From Sulfitobacter sp. (GTDB taxonomy: Bacteria; Pseudomonadota; Alphaproteobacteria; Rhodobacterales; Rhodobacteraceae), in NCBI GenBank assembly GCA_041573235.1, contig JBFFQZ010000001.1, positions 1 through 34,267 of the forward strand: a stretch of DNA of 34,267 nt, given 5' to 3'. The position numbers were made by a program, and so were the translations under genes. This document shows, piece after piece, positions 1 through 9,950 of this stretch. Every line of letters begins with the position of its first letter. Position 1 is the first letter of the stretch. The notes under the pieces were generated by a model that had not been told where the DNA came from, made no database searches, and saw nothing but the letters and a program-made list of their open reading frames with translations.

Positions 1-1
1 G

Positions 2-313
2 CGGAATTTGCGCCGGACCCACGCGAAATCCGCGCCCCGCCGCGCGCAGCCCATCCACCACCCCCGAGCAGGCATCCAGCCCAAAGGCCGAGCCGCCCGC
101 CAGCACCAGCGCATCCACCGCAGCCACCGATTTGTCCGGCGCCAGCAGATCGGTCTCTCGGGTGCCGGGGGCCCCGCCCATGACGGCCACTGATGCGGTG
201 AACGGGGTATCCGCGACCACCACCGTGGCCCCGGATTTCAAAGCTGCGTCCTGCGCATTGCCAACGCGCAGGCCCGCGATGTCGCACAGGCTGTTGGAGG
301 GACCTGGTTTCAT
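2..313 (-). CDS. P1/S58 (DmpA-like) peptidase, N-terminal part, truncated by window edge
   Basis: Not in ORF track. Manual translation from ATG at 313: MKPGPSNSLCDIAGLRVGNAQDAALKSGATVVV...VMGGAPGTRETDLLAP...VDALVLAGGSAFGLDA; GGAPGTRETD and GGSAFGL are S58-family motifs. Co-oriented 43 nt downstream of the ABC ATPase. Confidence 0.88.
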   Translation of the reverse strand, partial: MKPGPSNSLCDIAGLRVGNAQDAALKSGATVVVADTPFTASVAVMGGAPGTRETDLLAPDKSVAAVDALVLAGGSAFGLDACSGVVDGLRAAGRGFRVGPAQIP

Positions 314-356
314 GGGCGTGCCTTTCGACTGGTGGGCGGCGGGGTTGATCGGGCGT

Positions 357-1955
357 TCATGCGGAAAGCTCCTGCAGCGTGGGCAGGACCGGCGCGGCGT
401 CGATGAGGCTTTGGGTATAGGGATGGCGTGGCGCGGAAAAAACCGCTTCGGTCCGTCCCTCTTCGACGATCTGGCCTGCCTTCATCACCAGCACGCGGTC
501 GGTGATGGTGCGCACGACGCTCAGATCGTGCGAGATGAAAAGATAGCTCAGATCATAGGCACCGCAGAGATCGGCGAGCAGGTCGAGCGTCTGCGCGCGC
601 ACCGAAACATCCAGCGCGCTGACCGCTTCGTCGAAGAGGATCAGTTCAGGCCGAATGATGAGCGCACGGGCGATGGCGATCCGCTGGCGCTGACCACCTG
701 AAAATTCGTGGATGTATTTCGTCGCGTCAGAGGGTTTCAGACCCACTGCTGTCAGCGCCTCGTCTATGGCTTTCTGGCGTGCGGCGCCGGTTGGTGGCGC
801 GTCAAGCAGGTGGAAGGGTTCGGTGATCTGCCGCGCGACGCGGTGGCGGGGATTGAAACTGCCGAAGGGATCCTGGAACACGACCTGCATGCGGCGTCGC
901 ACGGCGAGGTTCGGCCTGGTCCCGGTGAACACGGGTTCCCCCGCAAGGGTGATCGATCCCTCCTGCACCTGTTCCAGTCCAAGCAATGCGCGGGTCAGGG
1001 TGGATTTGCCACAGCCGCTCTCCCCGACAAGGCCAAGGCGCTCACCGCGCCGCAACGTGAAGCTGACGTCGTTGACGGCGCGAAAGTAGCCGGGCTGGCC
1101 GAACAGCGTCTTGCGTGGGGTGCGGTAGTCGCGGCTGACGTTCTTCACCTCCAGCAGCGGGGCGCCCATCGGCGTGTCGGGCAGCGTGACCTTATGCGCG
1201 GAGGCCGCGAAAAGCATGCGGGTATAGGGGTGGTGCATCTGCCGCAGCAATGTGTCCGTGGCGCCTTGTTCGACCACTTGGCCGTTGCGCATGACGATGA
1301 TGCGGTCGGCCATCCCGGCGACAACTGCCAGATCGTGGGTGATCATCATCAACCCCATGCCGTCCTCCCGCGCGAGGCGGGTCAGCAGCGCGAGGATCTG
1401 CGCTTGCGTCGTGACATCCAGCGCCGTCGTCGGTTCATCCGCGATCAGCAGCCGGGGATGCCGGGCGATTGCCATCGCGATGACGACCCGCTGGCGTTGA
1501 CCGCCCGACAGCTCATGCGGAAAGCGGCCCAACGGAAAGCGTTCCCTGGGCAGGCCGACACGGGCCAGCGTGTCCGCCGCGCGCTGCAACGCATCGGCCC
1601 GCGACGTCCGCGCATGAATCAGGATCGTCTCGGCCACCTGCGCGCCGATGGTCTTGACGGGGTTGAGGGCGGTCATCGGTTCCTGAAACACCATGCCGAT
1701 GTCATTGCCCCGGATCGCGCAAAGCCGTGTCTCGCTCAGCCCCGTCAGATCCTGACCATCCAGCATGATCCGGCCCCCGACCGTCGTGCCCTGCGGTAGC
1801 AATTGCATCGCCGCCAGCGCGGTCAGGGATTTTCCCGAGCCGCTTTCGCCGGTGACGGCCACGATTTCTCCCTCGGCGATGTCGAAAGTCACGCCTTTCA
1901 GGATCTCGTGCCCGTGAATCGACAGGCTCAGGTTTTCAAGCGACAGCAGCGTCAT
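357..1955 (-). CDS. Peptide/nickel ABC transporter ATP-binding protein, fused double ATPase (DppD/F-like)
   Basis: Two Walker A ([16 protein letters not shown]), two signatures ([16 protein letters not shown]), Walker B (IADEPT, LFDEAV), HPYT tails. Confidence 0.96.
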   Translation of the reverse strand: MTLLSLENLSLSIHGHEILKGVTFDIAEGEIVAVTGESGSGKSLTALAAMQLLPQGTTVGGRIMLDGQDLTGLSETRLCAIRGNDIGMVFQEPMTALNPVKTIGAQVAETILIHARTSRADALQRAADTLARVGLPRERFPLGRFPHELSGGQRQRVVIAMAIARHPRLLIADEPTTALDVTTQAQILALLTRLAREDGMGLMMITHDLAVVAGMADRIIVMRNGQVVEQGATDTLLRQMHHPYTRMLFAASAHKVTLPDTPMGAPLLEVKNVSRDYRTPRKTLFGQPGYFRAVNDVSFTLRRGERLGLVGESGCGKSTLTRALLGLEQVQEGSITLAGEPVFTGTRPNLAVRRRMQVVFQDPFGSFNPRHRVARQITEPFHLLDAPPTGAARQKAIDEALTAVGLKPSDATKYIHEFSGGQRQRIAIARALIIRPELILFDEAVSALDVSVRAQTLDLLADLCGAYDLSYLFISHDLSVVRTITDRVLVMKAGQIVEEGRTEAVFSAPRHPYTQSLIDAAPVLPTLQELSA

Positions 1956-2767
1956 GTGCGCGCCACCCTCAGCCGGGGGTCGAGATGATCGCGCAGCCCG
2001 TCGCCCATCAGGTTCAGCCCCAGTACGGTCAGGATGATCGCAAAGCCCGGCATCAGCGCCATGTGGGGCGCGATGCTGACCATGGTCTGCGCATCGGCCA
2101 ACATCCGCCCCCAGCTGGGCGTCGGCGGCTGTGCGCCCAGCCCGACATAGCTCAGCCCGGCTTCGGCCAGAATCCCGAGAGAGAACTGTATGGTGCCCTG
2201 CACGATCAGCAGGTTGGTGACATTTGGCAGGATATGCTCGACCGAAATCCGTGCAGCGGATTTGCCAGAGACACGGGCGGCGAGGATGAATTCACGTTCC
2301 CACAGCGACAGGGCCGCCCCGCGCGTGATCCGCGCGAAAACGGGAATGTTGAAGATGCCGATGGCGATGATGGCGTTGATGGCGCCCGCACCGAAAACGG
2401 CAGTGATCAGGATCGCGATGACGAGGCTGGGAAAGGCGAAGACAAGGTCGTTGCCACGCATGATCACCTCATCCACCAGCGACCCGCGCCGCGCCGCCGC
2501 CCAGAGACCCAGCGGGATGCCGAGGCTCATGCCGATCCCCACGGCCACCAACGCCACGGCGATGGACGTGCGCGCGCCGACCATGATCATGCTCAGGATG
2601 TCGCGCCCGAAATGATCCGTGCCAAGCAGATGGATGGCATTCGGGCCTTGCAGCTTGGCCGGGATGTTCAGCGCTGTATGGTCGAAGGGCGTCCACAGGA
2701 ACGAAATCAGCGCCGCCGCGACAAACACGACCGACAAAAGCCCGCCGATGATCAGGTTGCGCGTCAT
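1952..2767 (-). CDS. Peptide ABC transporter permease (DppC/OppC-like)
   Basis: HLLGTDHFGRD motif, EAA-like loop EFILAARVSG, LGLNLMGDGLRDHLDPR end; 4-nt overlaps with both neighbours. Confidence 0.95.
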   Translation of the reverse strand: MTRNLIIGGLLSVVFVAAALISFLWTPFDHTALNIPAKLQGPNAIHLLGTDHFGRDILSMIMVGARTSIAVALVAVGIGMSLGIPLGLWAAARRGSLVDEVIMRGNDLVFAFPSLVIAILITAVFGAGAINAIIAIGIFNIPVFARITRGAALSLWEREFILAARVSGKSAARISVEHILPNVTNLLIVQGTIQFSLGILAEAGLSYVGLGAQPPTPSWGRMLADAQTMVSIAPHMALMPGFAIILTVLGLNLMGDGLRDHLDPRLRVART

Positions 2768-3711
2768 GTGCGCGCCATCAGACGCGGATCGACAAGCGCA
2801 TAGGCCAGATCGACCGCGAAGTTCACGAAGATCACCGCAAAGACCAGCAGCATTGTCACGCTCTCCACCACGATCAGATCACGGGCTGAAATCGACTGAA
2901 AGATGAGCCGCCCGAGGCCGGGCAGATAGAACACCTGTTCGATGATGATCCCACCCGCCAGCAAAAACGAGAATTGCAGCCCGATGATGGTCAGTACGGG
3001 GATCATCGCGTTGCGCAGCCCGTGGCGCCACAGCGCCTGCCGCGCGGTCAGACCCTTGGCGCGGGCGGTCCGCATGAAGTCTTCGCCAAGCACGTCGAGC
3101 AAGGAAGACCGCATGACGCGTGCAAGGATCGCAGCCTGCGGCAAGGCGAGTGCGATGGCGGGCAGGGTCAGGGAACGCAGCCCGGTCAGCAGCCCGTCCT
3201 CCCACCCGGCGAAACCTCCGGCGGAGAACCAGCGCATCTTGATCGCGAACAGCAGCACGAGCATCATCGCGAACCAGAAATTCGGGATCGCCACGCCCAG
3301 TTGCGTGGCGCCCATGACGGCCATGTCTCCGGACTGTCCGCGCCGCGCGGCGGCATAGATGCCAGCCGGAAATGCGATCAGCGTCGACAGCGTCAGCGCA
3401 TAGAGCGCCAGCGGCAGCGACACCCACAGCCGCTGGGCGACCATGTCCGCGACCGGGGTGCGGTAGGTGTAGGAGGTGCCGAAATCTCCGGTCAGCATGC
3501 CGGTGATCCAGCTCAGGTAGCGTTCGGGTTTGGAGGCATCTAGGCCAAGCTCGCTGCGCAGCGCGCTGAGCGTCTCGGGCTGCGCGTTGATGCCCAGCAT
3601 GAAGGACGCCGGATCGCCCGGCGCCACCTCGATCACGGCGAAGATGACCAGCGACGCGATGGCGAGGCTGATTGCAAGAGAAAGCAGTCGTTTCAACGTA
3701 TAGTGCAACAT
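2764..3711 (-). CDS. Peptide ABC transporter permease (DppB/OppB-like)
   Basis: Start reassigned to ATG at 3711 (MLHYTLKRLL); PGDPA, FMRTARAKGL, DLAYALVDPR motifs. The ORF-track extension to 3978 has no family character. Confidence 0.94.
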   Translation of the reverse strand: MLHYTLKRLLSLAISLAIASLVIFAVIEVAPGDPASFMLGINAQPETLSALRSELGLDASKPERYLSWITGMLTGDFGTSYTYRTPVADMVAQRLWVSLPLALYALTLSTLIAFPAGIYAAARRGQSGDMAVMGATQLGVAIPNFWFAMMLVLLFAIKMRWFSAGGFAGWEDGLLTGLRSLTLPAIALALPQAAILARVMRSSLLDVLGEDFMRTARAKGLTARQALWRHGLRNAMIPVLTIIGLQFSFLLAGGIIIEQVFYLPGLGRLIFQSISARDLIVVESVTMLLVFAVIFVNFAVDLAYALVDPRLMART

Positions 3712-3718
3712 TCTCAAG

Positions 3719-3747
3719 AGCGTATGCGCAGCGGCCATGCCGGTCCA
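3719..3747 (-). promoter_or_regulatory. Candidate sigma70-type promoter for the permease sub-operon (possibly leaderless transcript)
   Basis: Minus strand TGGACC-N17-TACGCT, then 7 nt to the ATG at 3711; no Shine-Dalgarno visible. Confidence 0.4.
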
Positions 3748-3946
3748 GAGGGTTCTTGACCGGCCCAGGTGATACAGTCGGGGATAGCGGTTCGGCGCGA
3801 TCGGTTGAACAGCAAGGCACCGCTGGCGTGACGGCTGCACGGACCGTTTCCACCGGTGACGAGACGCGCCGTTTCGCAGCGCAACCTGCCCGTATCGAAG
3901 GGCACGCGCGGAAATGCGCCCGCTTTTCTTTTGGTCGGATGCGTCT

Positions 3947-5095
3947 ATGTCTGGACAGGTGCAAGCGCCCCTTTTCATAGGTCATGAGATATTTCGCGGC
4001 TCCAGCTACGGTGCGTGGCATCCGTTGCGGGTTCCACGGGTGTCGACGGTGATGGATCTCGGCCGGGCGATGGGCTGGCTGCCATCGGCGCAATACATCA
4101 CTTCGCCGCGGGCCAAACCGAAGGCGCTGACCGGGTGGCATGATGCGTCGTACATTGCGGCCTTGCAACGCATCGAAGCGGCGCAGCATGCCAGTGCCGA
4201 AGACCGCGCGCGCTACAACATCGGCGGTGTGACCAATCCTGTGTTTCCGGAAATCTTTCGTCGCCCCGCCACAGCGGCCGGAGGCTCGATCCTGGCTGGC
4301 GAGCTGTTGGAGGAGGGCGGCGTGATCTACAACCCGGCAGGCGGCACCCACCACGGCATGCCCGACCGGGCGAACGGGTTTTGCTATCTCAACGACCCGG
4401 TGTTGGCGATGCTGTCGCTGCGCCACCGTGGTGTCCGGCGCATCGCCTATGTGGACATCGACGCGCATCATTGCGACGGGGTCGCGGTCGGGTTTGCCGG
4501 GGATCCCGATTGCCTGATGATCTCGGTTCACGAAGAGGGGCTGTGGCCCCGTACCGGAGCGCTTGAGGATGACGCGGGCGGCAGCGCGATCAACCTGCCG
4601 GTTCCGCGCGGTTTCAACGACGCCGACATGGCGCATGTGCGTGAGGCGCTGATCCTGCCCGCGATTGCGGCCTTCCGGCCTGACGCCATCGTGTTCCTGT
4701 GCGGCGCGGACGCGGTCGAGGACGACCCGCTTGCGCATCTGTCGCTGAGCAACAATGCCCATTGGGACATGCTGCGCGGGCTGATGGATCTGGGTGCGCC
4801 GCGCCTGCTGGTCTTGGGGGGCGGGGGCTACAACCCGTGGACGGTCGGCCGCCTGTGGACCGGCGTCTGGGGGATCCTCAACGGCCACGATCCGGCGGGC
4901 GCCATCCCGGAAAGCGCCGCGAACGTTCTGCGCGCATTGACGTTTGCGGGCAACCGGCGCGGGCGCAACCCGCCAGAGCATTGGTTTACCGCCTTGCATG
5001 ACGCGCCGCAGGAACACGCGCGCGCCTCCGCAGAGGTGGTGCGTCGCGTGGCACAGCTTGGCCGTCGTGCAGTGCTGCGGGGCCGTCGCGTTTGA
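3947..5095 (+). CDS. acuC: Zn-dependent histone-deacetylase-family protein (acetoin utilization AcuC-like)
   Basis: GGTHH, NGFC, DIDAHHCDG, SVHE, GADAVEDDPL, GGGGY motifs. Start uncertain (3914, 3947 or GTG 3959). Confidence 0.9.
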   Translation: MSGQVQAPLFIGHEIFRGSSYGAWHPLRVPRVSTVMDLGRAMGWLPSAQYITSPRAKPKALTGWHDASYIAALQRIEAAQHASAEDRARYNIGGVTNPVFPEIFRRPATAAGGSILAGELLEEGGVIYNPAGGTHHGMPDRANGFCYLNDPVLAMLSLRHRGVRRIAYVDIDAHHCDGVAVGFAGDPDCLMISVHEEGLWPRTGALEDDAGGSAINLPVPRGFNDADMAHVREALILPAIAAFRPDAIVFLCGADAVEDDPLAHLSLSNNAHWDMLRGLMDLGAPRLLVLGGGGYNPWTVGRLWTGVWGILNGHDPAGAIPESAANVLRALTFAGNRRGRNPPEHWFTALHDAPQEHARASAEVVRRVAQLGRRAVLRGRRV

Positions 5096-5130
5096 CGGCG
5101 TCAAGTGCCGCCAGCTGATCTGCAAATGCT

Positions 5131-5418
5131 TCAGAAGCGCGTGTAGGCCAGCGCGGATATGGCGATCAGCTGAAAAATTCCGATCAGGTTCAGCCTGCGG
5201 CCAAAGGGCTGTTTGCGGGTCTTGTGGCGCAAACAGCGCTGGGCGAATTTCGCGCCCGGCCAACCCCCGATCAGTGCCGCCGACAGCAGCGCGGCCTCAG
5301 AGGTACGACGCCCGCGACGGCGCGCCTGCTGCTTGTCGCGGGCAAAGGCGCAAAAGGCCGTGACGTTGACAAGAGCCAGATAGCCCATGGTCACGAAAGG
5401 TATCGTCGAGTCTTCCAT
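5131..5418 (-). CDS. DUF1294-like small membrane protein
   Basis: F-x-x-F-A-R-DKQQA, RRTSEAALL, GGWPGA, RHKTRKQPF pattern typical of DUF1294; start set at ATG 5418. Confidence 0.85.
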   Translation of the reverse strand: MEDSTIPFVTMGYLALVNVTAFCAFARDKQQARRRGRRTSEAALLSAALIGGWPGAKFAQRCLRHKTRKQPFGRRLNLIGIFQLIAISALAYTRF

Positions 5419-5447
5419 CAAGTGTGATTTCGGCTTTTGCGCACAGC

Positions 5448-5474
5448 AAAAAGGCCCCGACGGGCGGGGCCTTT
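5448..5474 (-). terminator. Rho-independent terminator after the ABC substrate-binding gene
   Basis: Minus strand AAAGGCCCCG-CCCGT-CGGGGCCTTTTT hairpin with U-tract, about 25 nt after the stop at 5500. Confidence 0.85.
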
Positions 5475-5499
5475 GACGCATGTTGGGGAACGCTTGACC

Positions 5500-6978
5500 T
5501 CAGTCCGCCCAGCTTACGGCGGTCAGATCGTTGGCCTGTGTGGGCGCGTTGGCCCACAGGCCCTGAACGCCCGCCTTTGCCACCGACAGGGCGGCAAGCT
5601 GGAACAGGTAACCGTTCACGTAGTCCTGTGAAATGATACGCTGCGCGTCGCCCATCAGCTGGCTTCTCATGTCGGGGTCCGTCGTGCTGTTCAGCTTGGT
5701 GATCAGCGCCTGGAAATCCGGGTTGTCATACTGGAAGTAATAGTCCGGATTGGCGTAGATGCCGATGTCCATCGGTTCGGTGTGGCTGACGATGGTCAGG
5801 CCAAAGTTCTTGCCCCGGAACACCGATTCCAGCCACTGCGCCCATTCGACATTGGTGATTTCGGCCTTGATGCCGACCTGCGCCAGTTGCGAGGCGATGA
5901 TCTCGCCGCCGCGCCGCGCGTAGGAGGGGGGCGGCAGGAACAAGGTCGTCTCGAAGCCGTCGGGAAATCCGGCTTCGGCCAGAAGGGCCTTTGATTTCTC
6001 GGGGTCATAGGCGCTCATGCCCGTCAGATCGACGTAGGCGGGGTTGTGCGGGGCGAAATGCGTCCCGATCGGCGTGCCGTAGCCAAACATCGCACCGTCG
6101 ATGATCGCCTGGCGGTCGATGGCATGCGCCAGCGCCTCGCGCACCTTCACGTTGTCGAAGGGCGGCATCTTGTTGTTGGTGGACAGGATGGTTTCCCCCT
6201 CGGTCGAGCCGACAAGGACCTGAAAACGCGGATCGGCCTCGAACTGGGGCAGGTTTTCCGGGGCGGGAAAGCCCGAGAAGACATCGATGTCTTCGGCCAT
6301 CATCGCTGAAAAAGCCGCCGTGGGGTCCGAAATGAATTTGAACGTCGCCTTGGCGAGTTTCGCAGGTGTGCCCCAGTAATTCTCATTGCGAGACAGTTCG
6401 ATCTTGTCGCCCTGCGTCCAGTTGTCGAATTTGAAGGCACCGGTGCCGATGGGGGTCTGCTTGATGCTGTCGATGCTTTCGGGCGCGACGATGACCGCAT
6501 CGCCCCATGCAAGGTTGAACAGCATGTTGCCGTTCGCCTCGCTCAGCTTCACCTCGACGGTGAGCGGATCGATCACGTTCACCTCGGATATCGCGGCAAA
6601 AAGCGCCTTTTGCGCGTTGGCGCTGTCCTCGGCGCCGATCCGGTCGAGCGAGAATTTCACGTCCTGCGCGTCCATCGTGGTGCCGTCGTGGAAGGTGACG
6701 CCATCGTGCAGCTTGAACGTATAGCTCAGCCCATCGTCACTGATGTTCCAGCTTTCGGCAAGGCCGGGAACGATCGACCCGTCAGACGCGAACCGCGTCA
6801 GCCCCTCGAACACGTTGGAGTAAAGCACGGAATCGATGGCTCCGGCCGCAGCGCTGGTCGGGTCCAGATGTGGCGGCTCAAGTTGCATGGCGAGCGTGAT
6901 GTCATCCTTGGCGGCGGCTGCACCGGCCAGAAGCGCCGCAGTGCTGACACCGAGTAAGAGCGAGCGGAGGTGATACAT
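5500..6978 (-). CDS. Peptide ABC transporter substrate-binding protein (family 5, DppA-like)
   Basis: Start reassigned to ATG 6978 (RBS AGGGAG upstream; signal peptide MYHLRSLLLGVSTAALLAGAAAA); family 5 signature PGLAESW..SDDGLSYTFKLHDGVTFHDG; PIGTGAF. Confidence 0.95.
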   Translation of the reverse strand: MYHLRSLLLGVSTAALLAGAAAAKDDITLAMQLEPPHLDPTSAAAGAIDSVLYSNVFEGLTRFASDGSIVPGLAESWNISDDGLSYTFKLHDGVTFHDGTTMDAQDVKFSLDRIGAEDSANAQKALFAAISEVNVIDPLTVEVKLSEANGNMLFNLAWGDAVIVAPESIDSIKQTPIGTGAFKFDNWTQGDKIELSRNENYWGTPAKLAKATFKFISDPTAAFSAMMAEDIDVFSGFPAPENLPQFEADPRFQVLVGSTEGETILSTNNKMPPFDNVKVREALAHAIDRQAIIDGAMFGYGTPIGTHFAPHNPAYVDLTGMSAYDPEKSKALLAEAGFPDGFETTLFLPPPSYARRGGEIIASQLAQVGIKAEITNVEWAQWLESVFRGKNFGLTIVSHTEPMDIGIYANPDYYFQYDNPDFQALITKLNSTTDPDMRSQLMGDAQRIISQDYVNGYLFQLAALSVAKAGVQGLWANAPTQANDLTAVSWAD

Positions 6979-7101
6979 GAGAGACTCCCTGTCTGAGTTG
7001 TGCACAAACGTTAGGCGACGATCTTGGCGAAGGCTAGGAGAAACCTTGCGGCGCTGCATCCCTTGGGGTAGTGCGGCGCTCTTTGGCGGCGGGAGGCGGG
7101 T

Positions 7102-8340
7102 ATGGCGGTTTTGGGTGTGGACTTCGGAACCTCGAATTCCGCCGCCGGCATCCCGCGCGGCGGACGTGCCCATCTGATCGCGCTGGAAGCCGCAGAGGTG
7201 ACGCTGCCGACGGCGGTCTTCTTCGATTTTGACGCGAAAAAGATGCGCATCGGTACCGATGCGGGCGCCGCCTTGCTGGCAGGCGAGGAGGGGCGCTACA
7301 TGCGGGCGCTGAAAAGCCTGCTGGGGGCGCCCCTGATGCGCGAAAAGCGCAGCCTTTTGGGAGAGCGGGTCGATTTCATCGACATTGTCGCGCGGTTCCT
7401 GGCGCAGATCAGGGCGACGGCAGAGGCCGAAACCGGCGCGCGGTTCGACCGCGCGCTGTCGGGGCGCCCTGTTCGGTTTCACGGCGATGACGCGCGCAAC
7501 GACCAGGCCGAAACGGACCTCAGGGAGGCCTATCTGCGGGCCGGGTTCTCGGACGTGCGGTTCATGTACGAGCCGGAGGCGGCGGCCCTGGCCAACCGGG
7601 ATCTGCTGGGCGCGGGCGATGTCGGCATGATCGTGGACATCGGCGGGGGTACGTCGGATTTCACGCTGTTTCGCAATTCGTCCGACGGGATCGACATCAT
7701 TGCGAGCCACGGTGTCCGCGTGGGCGGTACGGATTTCGACCGGGACCTCAGCACGTGCTTCGTGATGCCGCTTCTTGGGCGCGGGACACAGATCCGCCAT
7801 GCCTTCGGCGACGACACGCACCCGGCTCCGGCGACGCTGTTCAACGACCTGGCGACCTGGCAGAAAATCCCGTTTCTCTATGCGCCCGATAGCCGCCGCC
7901 TGGCGCGGGATCTGGCGAAATACGCGGTCGAGCCGGAAAAGCTGGGGCGGTTGGTGTCCGTGCTCGAGGACGAGTTGGGCCATGACGTGGCTTTCGCGGT
8001 GGAAGCGGGCAAGATCGCGGCGAATGAAACGGGGCAGGGGCAGATTGATCTGACCGTGGTAACGCGCGGGCTGACCGTTCCGGTGTCGGGCGCGCGGATG
8101 ACCGAAACGCTCGCCGGGCTGGCCGATAGGATCGGAGCGGCCGCGCAGGAGGTGCTGAGCCGGTCAGGTCTGGCGCCCGAGGCGGTGACCCACCTGATCT
8201 TTGTCGGCGGATCGAGCCTGATGCAGGTGATCGAGGCCGCTTTGACCCGGCGCCTGCCCAATGCCGCGGTACACCGCGGATCGGCCATGACGGCGATCGT
8301 GGACGGGTTGGCGCTGGGCGCGGAGGACGCCTTCGACTGA
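7102..8340 (+). CDS. Hsp70-family ATPase lacking substrate-binding domain (YegD-like)
   Basis: GVDFGTSNS, EPEAAA, VDIGGGTSDFT, GGTDFD, VGGSS actin/Hsp70 motifs; 412 aa; RBS GGGAGG. Confidence 0.9.
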   Translation: MAVLGVDFGTSNSAAGIPRGGRAHLIALEAAEVTLPTAVFFDFDAKKMRIGTDAGAALLAGEEGRYMRALKSLLGAPLMREKRSLLGERVDFIDIVARFLAQIRATAEAETGARFDRALSGRPVRFHGDDARNDQAETDLREAYLRAGFSDVRFMYEPEAAALANRDLLGAGDVGMIVDIGGGTSDFTLFRNSSDGIDIIASHGVRVGGTDFDRDLSTCFVMPLLGRGTQIRHAFGDDTHPAPATLFNDLATWQKIPFLYAPDSRRLARDLAKYAVEPEKLGRLVSVLEDELGHDVAFAVEAGKIAANETGQGQIDLTVVTRGLTVPVSGARMTETLAGLADRIGAAAQEVLSRSGLAPEAVTHLIFVGGSSLMQVIEAALTRRLPNAAVHRGSAMTAIVDGLALGAEDAFD

Positions 8341-8371
8341 GGCGCGCCTTTCGGCCCGGTCAACGCGGGCG

Positions 8372-9649
8372 TCAGTGTCTGATCAACAATGACTCAAGCG
8401 CCGCCCCCATGACGCAGGCGCTGTCGATCATGTCGTCGACACCGATCCATTCGTCCGGCTTATGGGCAAGCTCCAGCACCCCCGGCCCGTAGGCGATGCA
8501 GTTTTTCAACTTGCCGATCCGGTCGATGTGTTTCTGATCGTAGCTGCCGGGGGAGGCGACATATTCGGGCTCTTTGCCCATGACACTCTCGATCGCCGCA
8601 GCGACGGTTTGCACGATGGGCGCGTCGCGGTCGGTCATCGAGGGCAGGACGGAATTGAGTTCGGTCAGTTCATAGTCGAAATCGGCGCGGGTCGTGCGCA
8701 GGCCTTCCAGCAGCCCCGTGATTTCGTCGCGCACCTGGTCCAGAGGCTCTTCGACCAGAAAGCGCCGGTCGATGGTGATGCGGCAGCTGTCGGGCACGCA
8801 GTGGGCGGGCAGCCCATCAAAGTCGGCATCATTTTCCTTTTGCCCGCCGTGGATCGAATTGATGTTCATCGTCGAGCTGCGCGCCCCTTCGGGCACCACG
8901 GGCATGCTGGTGGTGCGTGCCGCCATCGCGGGAAAGAGTTTCTCTTCGAAAGTGTTCAGGACGGCCCCCATGTGGCGCACGGCGCAATCGCCGAGGAATG
9001 GCATGCTGCCGTGGGCGATCTCGCCCTTTGTCTCGATCTGGGCCCACCATCCGCCACGATGACCCAGGCAGATGCGATCCTTGTTCAGCGGTTCGGGAAT
9101 GATCACGTGCTGGACCCTTGCAGGATCGAAATAGCCCTGCTCGGCCAGGTAGGCCACGCCGCCATAGCCGCCGGATTCTTCGTCCGCGGTGCCGGAGATC
9201 TCGATGGCGCCCGCGAAATCGTCGTAGGTTTCGATGAACGCCTCTGCGGCGATGATAGATGCGGCAAGCCCGCCTTTCATGTCGCATGCGCCGCGGCCAT
9301 AGATCTTGCCGTCTATCAACTCTCCTCCGAAGGGATCGGTGGTCCAGCCCTGCCCGACCTCAACCACGTCGGTGTGGCTGTTGAAATGTACGCAGTCGCC
9401 AGGTCCGGTGCCTTCGCGGCGCGCGACGATGTTCCAGCGGGGGTATCTGTCGCTGTCTCCGGGGGTGCCGTGGGCGCGGATAAGCTGTGTTTCGAATCCA
9501 TGCGCGCCGAGGCGCCGATCAAGGTATTCGCAGATCGCCCGATAATCCTGACCGGGCGGGTTGAGCGTGGGGATGCGGATCAGATCCTGCGTGAGCGCAA
9601 CCAGATCATCACGCTTGGCTTTGATGGCATCCGAGAGGGGCGTTTTCAT
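8372..9649 (-). CDS. M20 metallo-amidohydrolase (ArgE/DapE family)
   Basis: NSHTDVV, GRGACDMKGG, DEESGG, HGSMP, AHKPDEW metal-binding motifs. Confidence 0.92.
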   Translation of the reverse strand: MKTPLSDAIKAKRDDLVALTQDLIRIPTLNPPGQDYRAICEYLDRRLGAHGFETQLIRAHGTPGDSDRYPRWNIVARREGTGPGDCVHFNSHTDVVEVGQGWTTDPFGGELIDGKIYGRGACDMKGGLAASIIAAEAFIETYDDFAGAIEISGTADEESGGYGGVAYLAEQGYFDPARVQHVIIPEPLNKDRICLGHRGGWWAQIETKGEIAHGSMPFLGDCAVRHMGAVLNTFEEKLFPAMAARTTSMPVVPEGARSSTMNINSIHGGQKENDADFDGLPAHCVPDSCRITIDRRFLVEEPLDQVRDEITGLLEGLRTTRADFDYELTELNSVLPSMTDRDAPIVQTVAAAIESVMGKEPEYVASPGSYDQKHIDRIGKLKNCIAYGPGVLELAHKPDEWIGVDDMIDSACVMGAALESLLIRH

Positions 9650-9950
9650 TGGTTCATCCTTTTGCCGAACGAATGGGCGGCTTGATGCGTTGATATGTTC
9701 AGGCGGCGCGGCGCTGTTGATCGTATCATTGCGGATCGTGACGTGTTCGCAAGACTGAAATCACTTTTGCAGCTAGTGTGGCTTGATATCCGGGCATCCT
9801 GCGCTTGTTTTGAACGAAAGGCCGCGAAGGAAACGAACATGAGCCCACTTTCCACCCCGCGCTGTCGGGCAATAACATAGGCGGTACACCGGTCGCCTGA
9901 GTGCAGGTACGAGACGGGTTTGACGTTGAAAACAGAGGGCGCCAGTTGCC

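Noticed and set aside
3714-3905. 63-aa ORF between the permease and acuC
   Set aside because: No RBS or recognisable motif and it overlaps the predicted promoter; cannot support as gene or pseudogene.
2879-5263. 794-aa minus-strand ORF
   Set aside because: Overlaps acuC antisense and the permease out of frame; Arg/Ala-rich with no motifs; typical high-GC shadow ORF.
6979-7983. Apparent 334-aa N-terminal extension making an 827-aa binding protein
   Set aside because: Antisense shadow of the Hsp70-like gene; RBS and signal peptide mark the true start at 6978.
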